DNA of 64,000 nt, from assembly GCF_016432865.1 (NCBI RefSeq), contig NC_067398.1, positions 91,450,001 to 91,514,000 on the forward strand, in the 5' to 3' direction. The DNA is from Antechinus flavipes. Lineage: Eukaryota. The notes below the pieces were generated by a model. It saw only the letters and a list, made by a program, of their open reading frames with translations, did not search any database and was not told where the DNA came from. The translations under genes were made by a program, and so were the position numbers. This document shows, piece by piece, positions 36,790-49,395 of this stretch. Every line of letters begins with the position of its first letter. Within the stretch, counting starts at the first letter, position 1.

Positions 36790-36960
36790 CTAAACATAAG
36801 GTATTCTATTCTTTCATCTCTAGAGGAAAGGGTGAGGTTGATGTCTTTGTACACCTCAGCCTCATTTAAATCCAATTCAATTACAGTCAAGAAATTACCC
36901 TCCCAATGACAGTGGTCCTCTTCAAAACTGAAGGACAAACTACAAAGTAGTGGTGCTGGT
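36790..36960 (+). mobile_element. RTE-derived 3' end
   Basis: ...CTCATTTAAATCCAATTCA...GGTCCTCTTCAAAACTGAAGGACAAAC, the typical marsupial RTE/RTE-SINE terminus. Confidence 0.7.
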
Positions 36961-37759
36961 CTTATCAGGAAGCTAGAAGAGATGAAAGAAATCAAGATTC
37001 TGTGAAATTTATGATCACTAGGTTCTACTAAATAAGATATTCCTGTCTAGGACATCTAGATATAACTAATTTGAAAAACTATTCCAAGTTTCACTGATAT
37101 ATCTTTGGCATAATGTAGTTAAGAAATTAAAACAATGTCATTTATCTCCTACTTAGCACCTGTCTCCAGCATTCAAACTTCAGCCAGTTCCAACAAATAC
37201 TTAAAGGAGTTTTGACCTTCTAAGGTTGACCATTCCCAGAATTCTAATGTTTTTCATTCATTCCTTTATTTATTCATTCATTCCAATTGAATACACACAC
37301 AAAACATCCTTCCAGAGCCACAATTGCTCCACACACAGCAATCTTTCCCCACCCTTCCCCAGAATGTAAACTCCTTGAGGTCAGGGACTATCTTTTGTAT
37401 TTGCATTTTCAGTGCTTAATATGTTACCCTGAACAAAGTAAGTGCTTAATCAATATGTTTTCAGTCATTCAATTCCCAGACATGCCAAACACTTCTTTGA
37501 TTCTTTGGGAATTCCAGGAATTTTTCTCTATTTAGAGTAAACCAAAGCAGTCAGAGATTCCCATTTATGGTGTGATCTGTTCTTTTTTTTTTTTTTTTTT
37601 AATAAAGTGATGATGGCTTGGAGGGGAGGAGCAAGAGGGAGGGAATAAGGGTGAGGGGTGGGGGGAAGTAATACTCAAACTATCCCTAAATTTCCCAAGA
37701 TATTTTAAGGTACTTTTAACCAATTTTTCTTTATCAGATCTTCTATCAGAACTCCAAAC

Positions 37760-38152
37760 TCACTAGGCAAATGCTCACAAGCTGGTCAGAAAAAGTGATA
37801 CAAGGACACTCTCAAGGTCTCTCTGAATGAAGAACTTTGGAATTGATTGGTTGACATGGGAGACACTGGCAAAGGACTGCCCAGCATGACATACCTTCAT
37901 TAAAGAAGCCGCTATGCTCTATGAGCAAAGCGAACTGAAGTAGGTAAAAAAAAAAAAAAAAAAAAAAAAAACTTGAGAGACACAGATTCAGGCAATCAAC
38001 CCCAAATGTTCACATAAACTATTTGTGCCTGCAGAGATCATCTGGAAGAGCAGTATGAGGTTCGAATTGGTCTAATTAGCTACAAATATACTATAATTTG
38101 ATCCTCACATAGTGGTATCATTTTGGTCCTCTTTAAAAATGAAGGACAATTG
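37760..38152 (+). mobile_element. RTE LINE 3' end (decayed ORF plus tail) with internal poly(A)
   Basis: GATACAAGGACACTCTCAAGGTCTCTCTG...TGGGAGACACTGGC...GGTCCTCTTTAAAAATGAAGGACAA. Confidence 0.85.
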
Positions 38153-39057
38153 CCACTAAACTAGTGGTGAAATGTCACTGACTTTTTCCTCCCTCCTTTC
38201 CTCAACATTTTCCTAATTAATGGTGTTTGGGGAGGAATTGAGAAGTGGGGCTGGAAACTATCCCTGTGGAGACATGGAAAAGCCAAGGACCTGACTTCTC
38301 TGTCACAGTATTAACTGTCTAAGTGATTTGGGGAAAATCATTTCACCTCCTTGAATGATTGGACTAGATGTTTTCAAATTTCCCTTTCAATTCTAAATCC
38401 TATGATAAAGAGAAACCAAGGATTATATAATTTATAATATCTATAACCTGGCCCTAAATAGCATCATGAAATCACAGAGTGGGAAGAGGTTTAAGGAGTT
38501 CCCCAAATCATTGGGGAAATTTGGAGGTCATCTAATTCATTTCACAGCTAACCAAGAAAAAATGACTTTATTTTCATTATGCTTCTCTTAAATAGCCTAA
38601 GGTAACATTAGTTTTGCTAGCAGCAACATTGGTAACTCATACTGAACTCAGAAAACACACAAACAAGAAAAAAAAACTATCTTTTTTTCATAGGACCTAA
38701 CTACCTTCATCTTGAACTTATGAATTTTAAAATTTATTTTCTAGCCTAAGTTTAATTTAATTTAACACCATTTAAAATTTCTTTTATTATCTTTGTATAG
38801 TGCTATCAAACTCAAATAGTAAGAGATCCCTGAGGGCTAAATACTGACAAAAAAATTAACATTATCAATTTATTTTTATTCATTTTGCTAAATATTTTCT
38901 AATTATGTTTCAGCTGCACTCAAAGGACCATAAGCCTGACACTTCTGCTGTAGAATAATTTAATTTACCAGGGTCTTTTTGTTAAGCTGACATTCTTAAT
39001 CAAGATGTATGCTTCCTAAGGCTAACCCCTCTACCTATTCAAATGATTCCACTTTTT

Positions 39058-39492
39058 CAATTCTGATGGACAAGGCCCACTTCAAAAATGAGATGAACCA
39101 AATCAGTTCCAATAGAGCAGTAATGAACTGCACCAGCTACACCCAGAGAAAGAACTCTGAGAAATGAGTATGAACCACTACATAGAATTCCCAATCCCTC
39201 TATTTTTGTCCGCCTGCATTTTTGATTTTCTTCACAGACTAATTGTACACTATTTCAAAGTCCAACTCTTTTTATACAGCAAAATAACTGTTTGGACATG
39301 TATACATATATTGTATTTAACTTATACTTTAACATATTTAACATGTATTAGTCAACCTGCCATCTGGGGGAAGGGGTAGGGGAAAGAAGGGAAAAAGTTG
39401 GAACAAAAGGATTCGCAACTGTCAATGCTGAAAAATTACCTATGCATATATTTGTAAATAAAAAGCTATAATAAAAAAAAAGAGAGAGAAAA
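39058..39492 (+). mobile_element. Young 5'-truncated L1 3'UTR with TSD
   Basis: 17-bp TSD AAATGATTCCACTTTTT at 39041-39057 and 39493-39509; A-rich tail. Confidence 0.92.
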
Positions 39493-39594
39493 AAATGATT
39501 CCACTTTTTTAACAGATTGTCCCCTCCAAAAAAAAAAAAAAAAGAAAAACTATTTTCTGCCAGTCTCTGATGAAGCATTTTCAACTGCTTTTTC

Positions 39595-40560
39595 AGAGAT
39601 CTCAGATTAGATACCCAGGAGACATCTTTAAATCAATATATCCAAAACAGAATTGATTTTCTTTTGCCCTAAACACTTCCCCATTACTACCTTTCCCTAT
39701 TACTGTAGAAGGCAACACCACTCTCCCAATTCCTCAGGCTTCAACCTAGCAGTCATCCTGGATTCCTCACTGTCTTTCATCACCCTTTTCCAATCTTGGC
39801 AAGCACTGTTGATTTCACCTTTGCCACATTTCTCATATGAGTCCCTTCCTCTCCACTGACAGTGCCATCACTCTAATGCAGGCCCTTAAAAAACCTCTTG
39901 CTTTGACTTAATATAATAAACTGCTGATGGGTCTGTCTGCTTGAGGTCTCTTTCCCACTCCAGTCCATTCTCCATACAACCACTGAAGTGATTTATTGAA
40001 AATATAGATCCTATCATGTCTCATACATACCACCACCATCCCTAACACGTATACCCAATTCAGTAAGTTCCAGTGGTTTCCTATTGCAACTGTGGCACAA
40101 CATTGCTTCTAAAAGCAAATACAAAATGCTCTGTTTGTCCTTCAAAGTCCTCGATTACTTAACCCCCTCCTACCTGATCTTTCTGCTTATACCTTAATTT
40201 CCCAACTAATATGCATCAATCAATTCAATGGCACTGGCTTTCTGACTGTTCCACAGACAAGAGACTCAATGCTCCGGCATTTCTTTGGCTGTACACCATG
40301 CCTAGAACTCTCTCTCTCCTCTGCTTCTAATACTGACGTCCCTGGATTCCTTTTAAGTCCCAAATGAAATCCTACCTTCAACAGGAAAACTTCCCTAACC
40401 CTTTTTAATTCTAGTGCTTTTTAGTGTTATTATTTTTTTTTAGTTATTTCCTATCTATATTGTATATATTTGTTTGCATGCTTTTTCTCCTATTTTTGCT
40501 TCTTTTTATATCCCTAGCACTTAGTGTGGTATCTGGCACATAACAAGTACTTAATAAAAA
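39595..40560 (+). mobile_element. L2 3' ~1 kb
   Basis: GTCATCCTGGATTCCTC...CCAGTGGTTTCCTATTGC...GGCACATAACAAGTACTTAATAAA. Confidence 0.85.
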
Positions 40561-41134
40561 AAAATTTAAACCATTGTCAAATTTGTTTTCTATGGCTTCT
40601 TCTTTTCTTAATCACTGATTAAAACACAGAACAATACAACATTAGGAATAGATCCCTGTGTCACTTCTCTAGAAAAAAAGGAAATGAAATAAGTCTATAA
40701 CGACCTGTACTTTATGAAGTGATACTGGTTTTAAATCATCATCACTTTCCTTTTCAAATATCCACAAACCATACTACTAATAACATATTTTAGAATTATG
40801 ACATAAAGATAACTGTCTTTACCTTATTTCTTTTTTTGAAAATTAGAACATTTGCCCTTATCCAAATCATTCATATTTCGGGATCTTCAAAGATCACCTG
40901 CGGCAGCTCAACATTGAATTTTGTCATGTTCCTACCCAAAGGGGACCACATACCTTAGATTATCCTGGGCAGATAGCTTCTCATTCTTTTATTGATGCTC
41001 ATCTCCACTTTTTTTCCAAGACCTCACTGTTTTGTCTATTTTGTCTTCCAAGTAGTGCTTTCTAAAATGTCAAATAGAAATCTTCCTACTTTCATTCAAT
41101 CCCCTTTTCTCTTGTTTTGTTGTCCATAGACATG

Positions 41135-41520
41135 AATAGACTCATAGCTGGACCAAGAGAGTATTGTATACAGTAATAAGATTATGTGATAATCAACTGT
41201 GATGGACTCTTTTCAGCAATGCTGTGATTCAAGGCAATTCCAATAAACTTGGGATGGAAAATGTCATCCACATACAGAAAGAGAATTATGGAGACTGAAT
41301 ATGGATTGAAGCATAGTATTTTCACCTTTTTGTTTTTCCTTCTTATAGATTTTTCTTGCACAGCATGACAAATATTAAAATATGCAAAAAAAAAGAATTG
41401 CACATATTTAACCTATATAAAGATTGTTTGCTCTCTTGGGGAGGGGATAGGTAGGATAGGGAGGGAGAAAAATTTGGAACACAAAATCTTGCATAAAAAA
41501 ATGTTGAAAACTATCTTTAC
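41135..41520 (+). mobile_element. L1 3'UTR fragment
   Basis: GGACCAAGAGAGTATTGTATACAG...AAACTTGGGATGGAAAATGTCATCCAC...AAAATTTGGAACAC. Confidence 0.85.
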
Positions 41521-42409
41521 TTGGAAACCATATTAAAAATGACTGAATCTAATACCCTCATTTTAAAGATGAGCAAAGACGAAATATATGAAAAATTGTT
41601 TGTCCAATGTCACACAAGTAGTAAATCAAAGACCTTAGATATTGATTCAGATTTTCTGGCTTGAAATTCAGTGGTCTTGCCATCACACCAAAGTGATGTA
41701 TCACTTCTAAGGGGCAAAGATGGGAATTTGGTTCCCCAACCCCACTCAGTACAAGGCCTAACTTGTGTATGTGTATGTATATTCACACAATATGATCTCT
41801 GCAACTTCCATTTGAATCTATAAGAATTCAAATTCCATTTAGTGCTAGAATGGATATGACATCTTGTTTTAAAGTCAAAAGGCCTGCAAAAGAGCTCTGA
41901 AATCTCTTGGCCATCACACAGCTATTACGAAACCACTTCAGATGAACTAAGTGTAAATGAATCTGAAACATACGGACTGAATTTCCGTGGAACTGAATAA
42001 TAAGGTTGCATAAAAATATGCCTGCTCCTCCCCCCAAAAAATAAATAAATAAAAATATGAGAGGGTGGATATGTGTGTGATTAAACAGCATAGAAAGAAT
42101 TTTTTTTTCTGAACTTGCCAAAGGCAGAAGAAATGAAAATATAATGAGTGGGTCTTCCCCAGGGCCATGTATTTCTGATTCTAACTAGGAATAGGCTTGA
42201 GCTGGAATTAGTTGTTCAGAGGCAGCAGAGAAGCTTCATCCTTGTTAATAGGAAAAGAAATTTTAAAAAGAAAAAAGTTCAAAAAATCATAAGAGTTAAA
42301 TAAAGAGAGTAGAGGAAATGAGAAATGTCAAAGGTAATCCACCATTAATCTTAGATCAGGAAAGACATCATTCAGAACAATTCCCTTTTTTAGAACCTGT
42401 GTTATCTTT

Positions 42410-42715
42410 CTTTCTTTTATTTTTATTGTACTTTTTTTATTAAAGCTTTTTATTTTTCAAAACATATGCATGGATAATTCTTCGACATTAACCCTTGCAA
42501 GACCTTGTGTTCCAATTTCCTTCCCTCTCCCCACCCCCTCCCCTAGATGGCAAGTAGTCCAGTATATGTTTAAAATGGTAGAAATATATGTTAAATCCAA
42601 TAGACATAGATATTTATACAATTATCTTGCTGCACAAGAAAAATCAAATCAATCTGGAAAAAAAATGAGAAAGAAAATAAAATGCAAGCAAATAACAAAA
42701 AGAGTGAAAATAGGA
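42410..42715 (-). mobile_element. L1 3' end (antisense)
   Basis: Poly-T then TTTTCAAAACATATGCATGG...CCCTAGATGGCAAG...GCTGCACAAGAAAAATC. Confidence 0.85.
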
Positions 42716-44195
42716 GCTGTGCTTTCAATGGGATCTAGATCTCCAGGCAAAATGAAAGCAGTTGCTTTGCTCTCTCTGCATGACAGAGTCTGTTAAGCTA
42801 GCAGAATTCCCTGAGCCCATTTTTTTTTTACCACTTAGAGGCAAGCCTGCAGTCAATGACTGTTTCCCCTCATATCATCTCAGCAGTGGCTCAGGGTTTG
42901 GTCTTGGCAAGCTTTCTTCTGAATTTCTACTCTTCTCAAATCCCAAGTCTTTCCCCAACTTGTCATTTTCAACCACCAAACATCAAAACATGTTTTCCTT
43001 CACAAATAACCATAGTATATCCCCTGGGATGAAAGGTTCCAAATCATCTTGGGGTTCCCCACCACCATCTCTTGGATGATTTTATTCTAAGTCAGAATGA
43101 AGTTAGCATTGTGATTACAAACTCTTTCTCTAGGCTACAGTGGACCCACAGCAGGAACAGAGTGTTTTTTTTTTCTTTTCTTTATTTTTTTAAGTGAGAT
43201 CAACCAGACTCTGCTGTGATTCCCCTCACCCGAACCCTCCCTCCAACCATCATGCAGTTGGGAAACACTTTTGGGAAACACTTGTTCTAAACCCAACAGT
43301 AGAGAATAGGTTGGAAGCCAATGAGTGTTTCAGTGAAAATATTTGGCAGCAGCTGAGTGGATTACCAGGCTGGGACAAACCTTCTTCCATGGGGCTACAG
43401 ATGTCATAATCATGCATATTCAAAAATATGCACAACAACTGGAATTTCAATCACAATGCCTGGCCATAAGAATGCTGCAAAATGCCAGGGAAGGAGATGG
43501 GGGAGTGGAGCATTCCCGGAATGACTTTCTTTTTCTCTAGACTAAGTTGGCAGGGAGGCAGCAGGGTATAGTGGAAAGAGTACAAAAGATCTGGATTGAA
43601 CTTCCTGCCCTGCCACTCACTGGTAGTATGGCTTTGGATAAGCCATTTCGCTTTACTGGTCTTCTTCTGCAAAATGAGGTAATTAGTTGGACTAACTAAT
43701 CTTGGAAAAGCATTTATTAGTGCCAACTATATACTAGGCACGGTGTGATAGATACTGAAGATACATAAACAAAAAACAAGTGATCTCTGTCCTTAAGGAG
43801 TCTGCCCTCATTTAACCTTTCTTGATCTCAGTTTCCTCATCTATAAAATGAGACAATTGGACCCTATATGTTCTTTAATTTTCTTTCCAGTTCCCAGTCT
43901 TGATCTTGTTGATCTCTTGTAACTCTAAAAATTTGTGATTGTGAAGTAAAGTAAGTTATGTGAATCCTAGTGTCAAAAACTCTCTCATATCCCAAAAAAT
44001 TCAAGGACAGTATGTGGGAGGATTTCCATACTTTGAGCTCACAGACAGTGGGTAGGAACCAAGGGATTCCCATATGAAAACTAGGTTCAGTAAGCCCCAC
44101 TCATTTCACAAGGTTGTTGCAAGGAACAGATGTAATGTTGGATCAGTGTTGTAATGTAAGGATCAATGTAAAAGCTTTCTTAGTAAATTCTAAAG

Positions 44196-44378
44196 CAAAG
44201 CTTCTTAAACTTTTTCCATTTGCAAATCCTTTTTACTAAGAAATTTTTTTACATGATCCCAAGTATACAGATATATAGTATAAATCAAACATTTACTGAT
44301 AATAAACCATAATTTTGTAACCCCCACATTCAGTTAAAAGATGCCATGAGGTCATAAACCACAGTTAAAGAAGCTGGG
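44196..44378 (+). mobile_element. Charlie-type hAT MITE
   Basis: Imperfect TIRs (CAAAGCTTCTTAAACT / AGTTAAAGAAGCTGGG) and 8-bp TSD TTCTAAAG / CTCTAAAG (7/8 match); same family as 60957-61148. Confidence 0.8.
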
Positions 44379-44593
44379 CTCTAAAGAACTATAATTCAAT
44401 CAATTCACTCCAAAAGAATTTATTAACGTATGTGCAAGATACTTTCTAGGCTCTGAACATATGAAGAAAAAAATGAAAACAGTTTCCTATCCTCAAGGAA
44501 TTTGTTCTACTACACATTTCTTAGAGAAAAACAGAAAAATCATTTATTGCATTGGCAAATATATGAAACATACATACATACATATATATACAT

Positions 44594-44635
44594 ACACACA
44601 CACACACACATATGTGTGTGTGTGTGTGTGTGTGT
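44594..44635. repeat. (AC)n-AT-(GT)n palindromic microsatellite
   Basis: Perfect 36-bp palindrome 44594-44629 centred on CATATG. Confidence 0.9.
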
Positions 44636-46354
44636 CAATTAGCCATGGTAATGGAGAGCCTGAATAAATAGAACCCTCAGATCATAGAAAAAAATTCTTT
44701 ATTTCCTGGTTTTAAACTAATATATTACCTAATTGGACCTGCTAACAAAGAATCCAATTAACCGATGGCATATAGTGTTGAAGTTGGAGTTATAAAGTCC
44801 TAAATTAGAATCCAGCCTTTGACATTTCCAAGTTGGGTGATCCTGGATAAGTCACTTAATTTCTCTATTCCTCAGTTTCCTCACCTGGAAAATGGAAATA
44901 GGAATAACAGTTAACTCCCAGGTTAGTTATGAGGATAAAATTAGGTCATGTTTGCAAACTTTAAAGTCCTATATAACTACTAGTAATCATCATCAATATC
45001 ATCATCTTTCAAAATTCCCATCTTGTGAAGGAAATATACATCAAATCATCTTTTCTCCATATGGATCCCCAAATATTTTGCAAGTTTTCTACAGGTATCA
45101 TTTAATTTGTTATCATAACACAATCAGCTTTCTGGGGAAATCTTACCTGGTGATAACTGATATCTACTTCACCAGGGAGTCTGAGCCACAAGTTGTAACA
45201 TGAATCCATACAACACTATACTGGACCTTTTGGCAGAATTCAGTAGAATGTGGGAGAGTTTCCCTGATGGCAGTATCAAAAAAAAAAAAAAAAAAAAAAA
45301 TTTTCACATCTTGCGAGTCTTTTGGAAATTCTGCATTTTCTTTAGGATAAAAAGTATCTTTTACCCTTATATATATGTTATCTTGAGTGCTTGTGTAAGA
45401 GCTAAGTAACTGTTTTATCTGTATGTGAAAAACTAGATATAAATTATATTTGGAGATTTTCTGGACACTCTTTGTGGGTCAGCCTAGTCCATATGAGTCA
45501 CAGATTTCTTTATTTCCAAAAAACCATAGGCTGGAAGTAAATATATTTCTGGTGATTTACCAACTTACTCATAATTTGAGGAAGGAGAGTTATTAACAAG
45601 TGAGAAGAAATAAGAGAAGGTAGTGCCTGGTAGGAGATTACACCTGAATTGAAACTAGAATTAAGATAAAGATTATGTGAGGTAAAGTTGAGGAGGTAAG
45701 GAAGAATTGCTTTCCAGGCAAGGGGGAAAGATAACTAGTTAAAGGCAAAGAAATGGGAAAATAGGATGTTGAGTTTTCTAAGAAACTAATGGCCTAGTAT
45801 GGATAGAACTCAGAGCAATATGAAATAAGAGTGGAAAAGTGGATTTGAGCTAGATTGTGAAGGCATCGAATGCCCCACTGATGAGTTTGCTTCTTATAGT
45901 GGCAATAAGGAACTATATATCAGAACCATTCTAAAGAAGATTCTCTGTAAAGTTGAAAACTAGATACAGAAATGCATGAGACAAAGAATGTTGCAGTTGC
46001 AACATTCCAATCTTATCTCTGATCCTAGTAATATGACCACAGGCAAATCACTTATCCTCCCAGCCTCAGTTTCCTTGGCTTGAAAATTCAGATAAAACCT
46101 CTAGTATTTATCACATGGTTGCTATTGAGAGATTATGGTTATAACAAAGTGCTCTAAAAGTGTCAGCTATAATCATTATTCATCCTCTGAGGTTCCTTCT
46201 TGCTCTGATATTCTATGACTTAACTTTATATATATCATTTAATTTTATTCTTTTAGCAGCTATGTGAGGAATGTAGCTTTATTTTCCCCATTTTGCAGAA
46301 CAAGTAATTGAAGCTCAAAGCTGTGACTAGCTGTATTATTAGTAAGCTCAGTTC

Positions 46355-46600
46355 AGCTAGATGGCACAGTGGATAGAGTACCAGAGTCAGGAAGATTCAT
46401 TTTTGTGAGTTCAAATCTGTCCTTGAATACTTACTAGCTGTGTGATCCTGAGCAACTCACTTTACCCTGTTTGCCTCAGTTTACTCATCAGTGAAATGAG
46501 CTGGAGAAATAAATCGCAAACCACTCCAGTATTTTTGCCCAAAAAAAACCAAATAAGGCCATGATGAGTCTGACATGAGTGACAAAACAATTGAGCAACT
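46355..46600 (+). mobile_element. MAR1-type core-SINE
   Basis: CAGCTAGATGGCACAGTGGATAGAG...ATGAGCTGGAGAAATAAATCGCAAACCACTCCAGTATTTTTGCC. Confidence 0.85.
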
Positions 46601-47339
46601 TTTGCTACTAAATCAAGCTTTTTTCATTGTTCCTCATCCTCCCTCATCTGGCAATATCACCTTTCAGCAGGCTTAATGTTTCAGTAAGAATTCACAATAA
46701 AGATGGTTTCTCTGGAATAGATTCTCCATTTCATGAACTGATGAGCTGCTTACAAGATAAAGTATATAGCATCCATTACATTTCAATAAAACATTTTCAT
46801 TTGTTTCCAAAGACCATTGACTGGGAGCAATTAAATTGCTGGTGAGCTACCAACTTATTCATTTGTTTGTTCCTGTTCATTTGTTGCCTTTATCATTCTT
46901 GTCTCAAGTGAGTAATATTTACATTAGATTGCCCTCTCTATTGCTATAGGACAACCATGGAAATCATTGACAAGGCAAAACATTCCAGCTCATTCAGAGT
47001 ACTATAATGAAGAGAAGGTTTTCACTTGGAGCCAAGGGACTTCTGATTCCTAGTGAGTCAGCACCATCCTGGAACTCCTCAATTTCAATTCTACTGTGTT
47101 AGATTCCTATTATACTGTTGGCTATGTCATGTTAGGGGAAGGAAAAAGGGGGTAATGGGAAGGGCATGGTTGAAATTATTTTAAGCTTTGATTCTCCCAT
47201 AATTTTCTGGATTTTTTTTTACATCCTAAAGTCAAAGAAAATGTCTTGGTGCTATTTAATAGGAATAATATTAATAAAGGCAAAAAAAAATAGTTGAAAT
47301 GTACAATATACCAATATAGACTTTAAAATTTTAACATTT

Positions 47340-47503
47340 GGGAACAACTAGATGGCACAGTGGATAGAGAACCATTCCTGAAGTCAGGAGGACCTGAGTT
47401 CAAATGTGCCCTCAGATACTTAACACTTCCTAGCGGTGTGACCCTGAGCAAGTCACTTAACTCCAATTGCCTCAGCAAAAAATAAAATAAAATAAAATAA
47501 AAA
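47340..47503 (+). mobile_element. WSINE1-type SINE with (AAAAT)n tail
   Basis: Full head and body; TSD TTAACATTT at 47331-47339 and 47504-47512. Confidence 0.88.
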
Positions 47504-47689
47504 TTAACATTTATTGACTACTTAATAAGACATCATAATGCCAATCACTAACATCATAATAATGAAAGCAAATGTTTATTAATTACCTACTCTGTGCCAG
47601 GCATTCTGCTAAGTGCTTTACAATTATTTTCTCATTTGATACTCACAATCCTGGGAGGTAGGTGCTATATCAGAAGTTCACTATTTTTC

Positions 47690-48190
47690 ATGGACAGATA
47701 GATGACAAATATCTAGGAGAACTCAACCAATAAATTATATTGAAACTGGACCATTATCAGAAAACTCTTTTCTACCATTGCTTAAATATAATGTTGATCC
47801 ATAAAAACTTAGAAACAATGTTTTTCATAGCTATCATCATACCAAATACTCATAATTTTTAAGCTACATGGAATGAAAAGCTCTCAAAATATAGAGACTT
47901 AGCAGAAGAAATGCAAAACATGTGGGAACACAAGGTGTATAACAGCCCTGTTATCCTGTCTGTTATCCAAATTATATCAAAGATACTTTTAATAAACCTA
48001 GAAAAGAGGAATTTCCACCCCAACACTTCCATATAACTATAGAAAACAATATATTCACTTATTTGATAATCTATAGAGCATTTAATATAAAAAGAATAAT
48101 AGCAAATACTATACTTCTATGTTATATAACCAAAATAACCATTTCTAACTCAAACATCAAAAAAGACAAAAATAATATGATAATAATAAC
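47690..48190 (+). mobile_element. Dong/R4-clade non-LTR retrotransposon 3' end (Mam_R4-like)
   Basis: Frame 47785-48036 reads NIMLIHKNLETMFFIAIIIPNTHNF*ATWNEKLSKYRDLAEEMQNMWEHKVYNSPVILSVIQIISKILLINLEK..., matching the R4/Dong restriction-like endonuclease layout (PDI..D..IP.T.N...EK..KY.DLA.E...MW). Ends in a TAA-rich tail. Confidence 0.8.
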
Positions 48191-48329
48191 TGATATTTAC
48201 ATATTACTTTAAAGCTTACAAAGCACTGTTACATTTAGTTGTTTAATTTGAGCTTCAAAAAACTCCTCTGGCGTAGGCTGCTTGTGTGTGTGTATTGTAT
48301 ATATCTGTAGCTCTGTAACAAAAAATGTA

Positions 48330-48360
<31 letters not shown>

Positions 48361-48436
48361 GTATATGTATATGTATTGTGTTACTTATGTTTACGTATGT
48401 ATATATGTGTAATATATATATTTTACACACACACAC
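48330..48436. repeat. Compound TG/TA/CA microsatellite
   Basis: Alternating purine-pyrimidine tract. Confidence 0.85.
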
Positions 48437-49077
48437 ATCTTTTATTACAGATCTACAGATGAGGATATTGAAGCTTAAAGTTCAGCCAGTGCCCTATGGC
48501 CACTCAGCTAGAAAGTGTTTTAAGTGTTTCTCACTCATCTTTTACTTATAAGCACAAACAATTAAGAATTAACTTAACTATATTGTTAGAATGCTTTCAA
48601 TGCAATTGTTTTGTGCTGTTCATGGTCCTTTAAAAAACCAAAGCCCAAAGTTCCATGTCTGAGAGATTTCAATTGTTAACATTATGATTTGTCACATGAG
48701 GATAACAGAGATAAAATGCCTTGCCCATAACTCACTAAATGTTTTTTATTTGACATGACCTTTTTTTCAAGAAGCCTCTCTTATTTGCTGTTAACTCTGA
48801 TGGTTTTATAGAACTCAATCACTAGTTCATGTATTAATCCATTTTCTTTGTTGGCAATAGATAGGGAGGGACCCTTAACTACTTTTGAGACAAATTTTGG
48901 AAAAAGAAGGGATAAGACTTGTGTGAGTTTGGAGACAGAAGAGCTAACATTTGAACCACTTAACCAGGAGATCAGGGAACTAGGGTTCTTAGTTCAGGTG
49001 CCTGCTAATTTATTCATGTGACCTTTAATAAGCATGTCACTACTCATTTCTGAGCCTCAAGTGCCTCATCTATCTCT

Positions 49078-49395
49078 CTTTTTTTTAACTAAAGCTTTTT
49101 ATTTTCAAAATATACACATGAATAATTTTCAACATTCACCCTTGCAAAACCTTGTGTTCTAATTTTTTTCTCTTCTTTCCCCCCAACCTGTCCCCTAGAT
49201 GGCAAGTGATCCAATACATTAAACACTTGCAGTTCTTCTATACATATTTCCACAAATATGCTGCACAAGAAAAATCAGATCAAAAAGGGAAAAAATGAGA
49301 AAGAAAATATTTTTCAAGCAAACAACAACAAAATGAGTGAAAATACTATGTTGTGTCCACATTCAGATCTCACAGTTCTCTTTCTGAGTGCAGAT
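49078..49395 (-). mobile_element. L1 3' end (antisense)
   Basis: Same terminus as 42410-42715. Confidence 0.85.

Noticed and set aside
43194-43540. Cluster of 65-71-aa ORFs with a 13-bp tandem duplication (43258-43283)
   Set aside because: No domain similarity; the 13-bp duplication would shift any frame.
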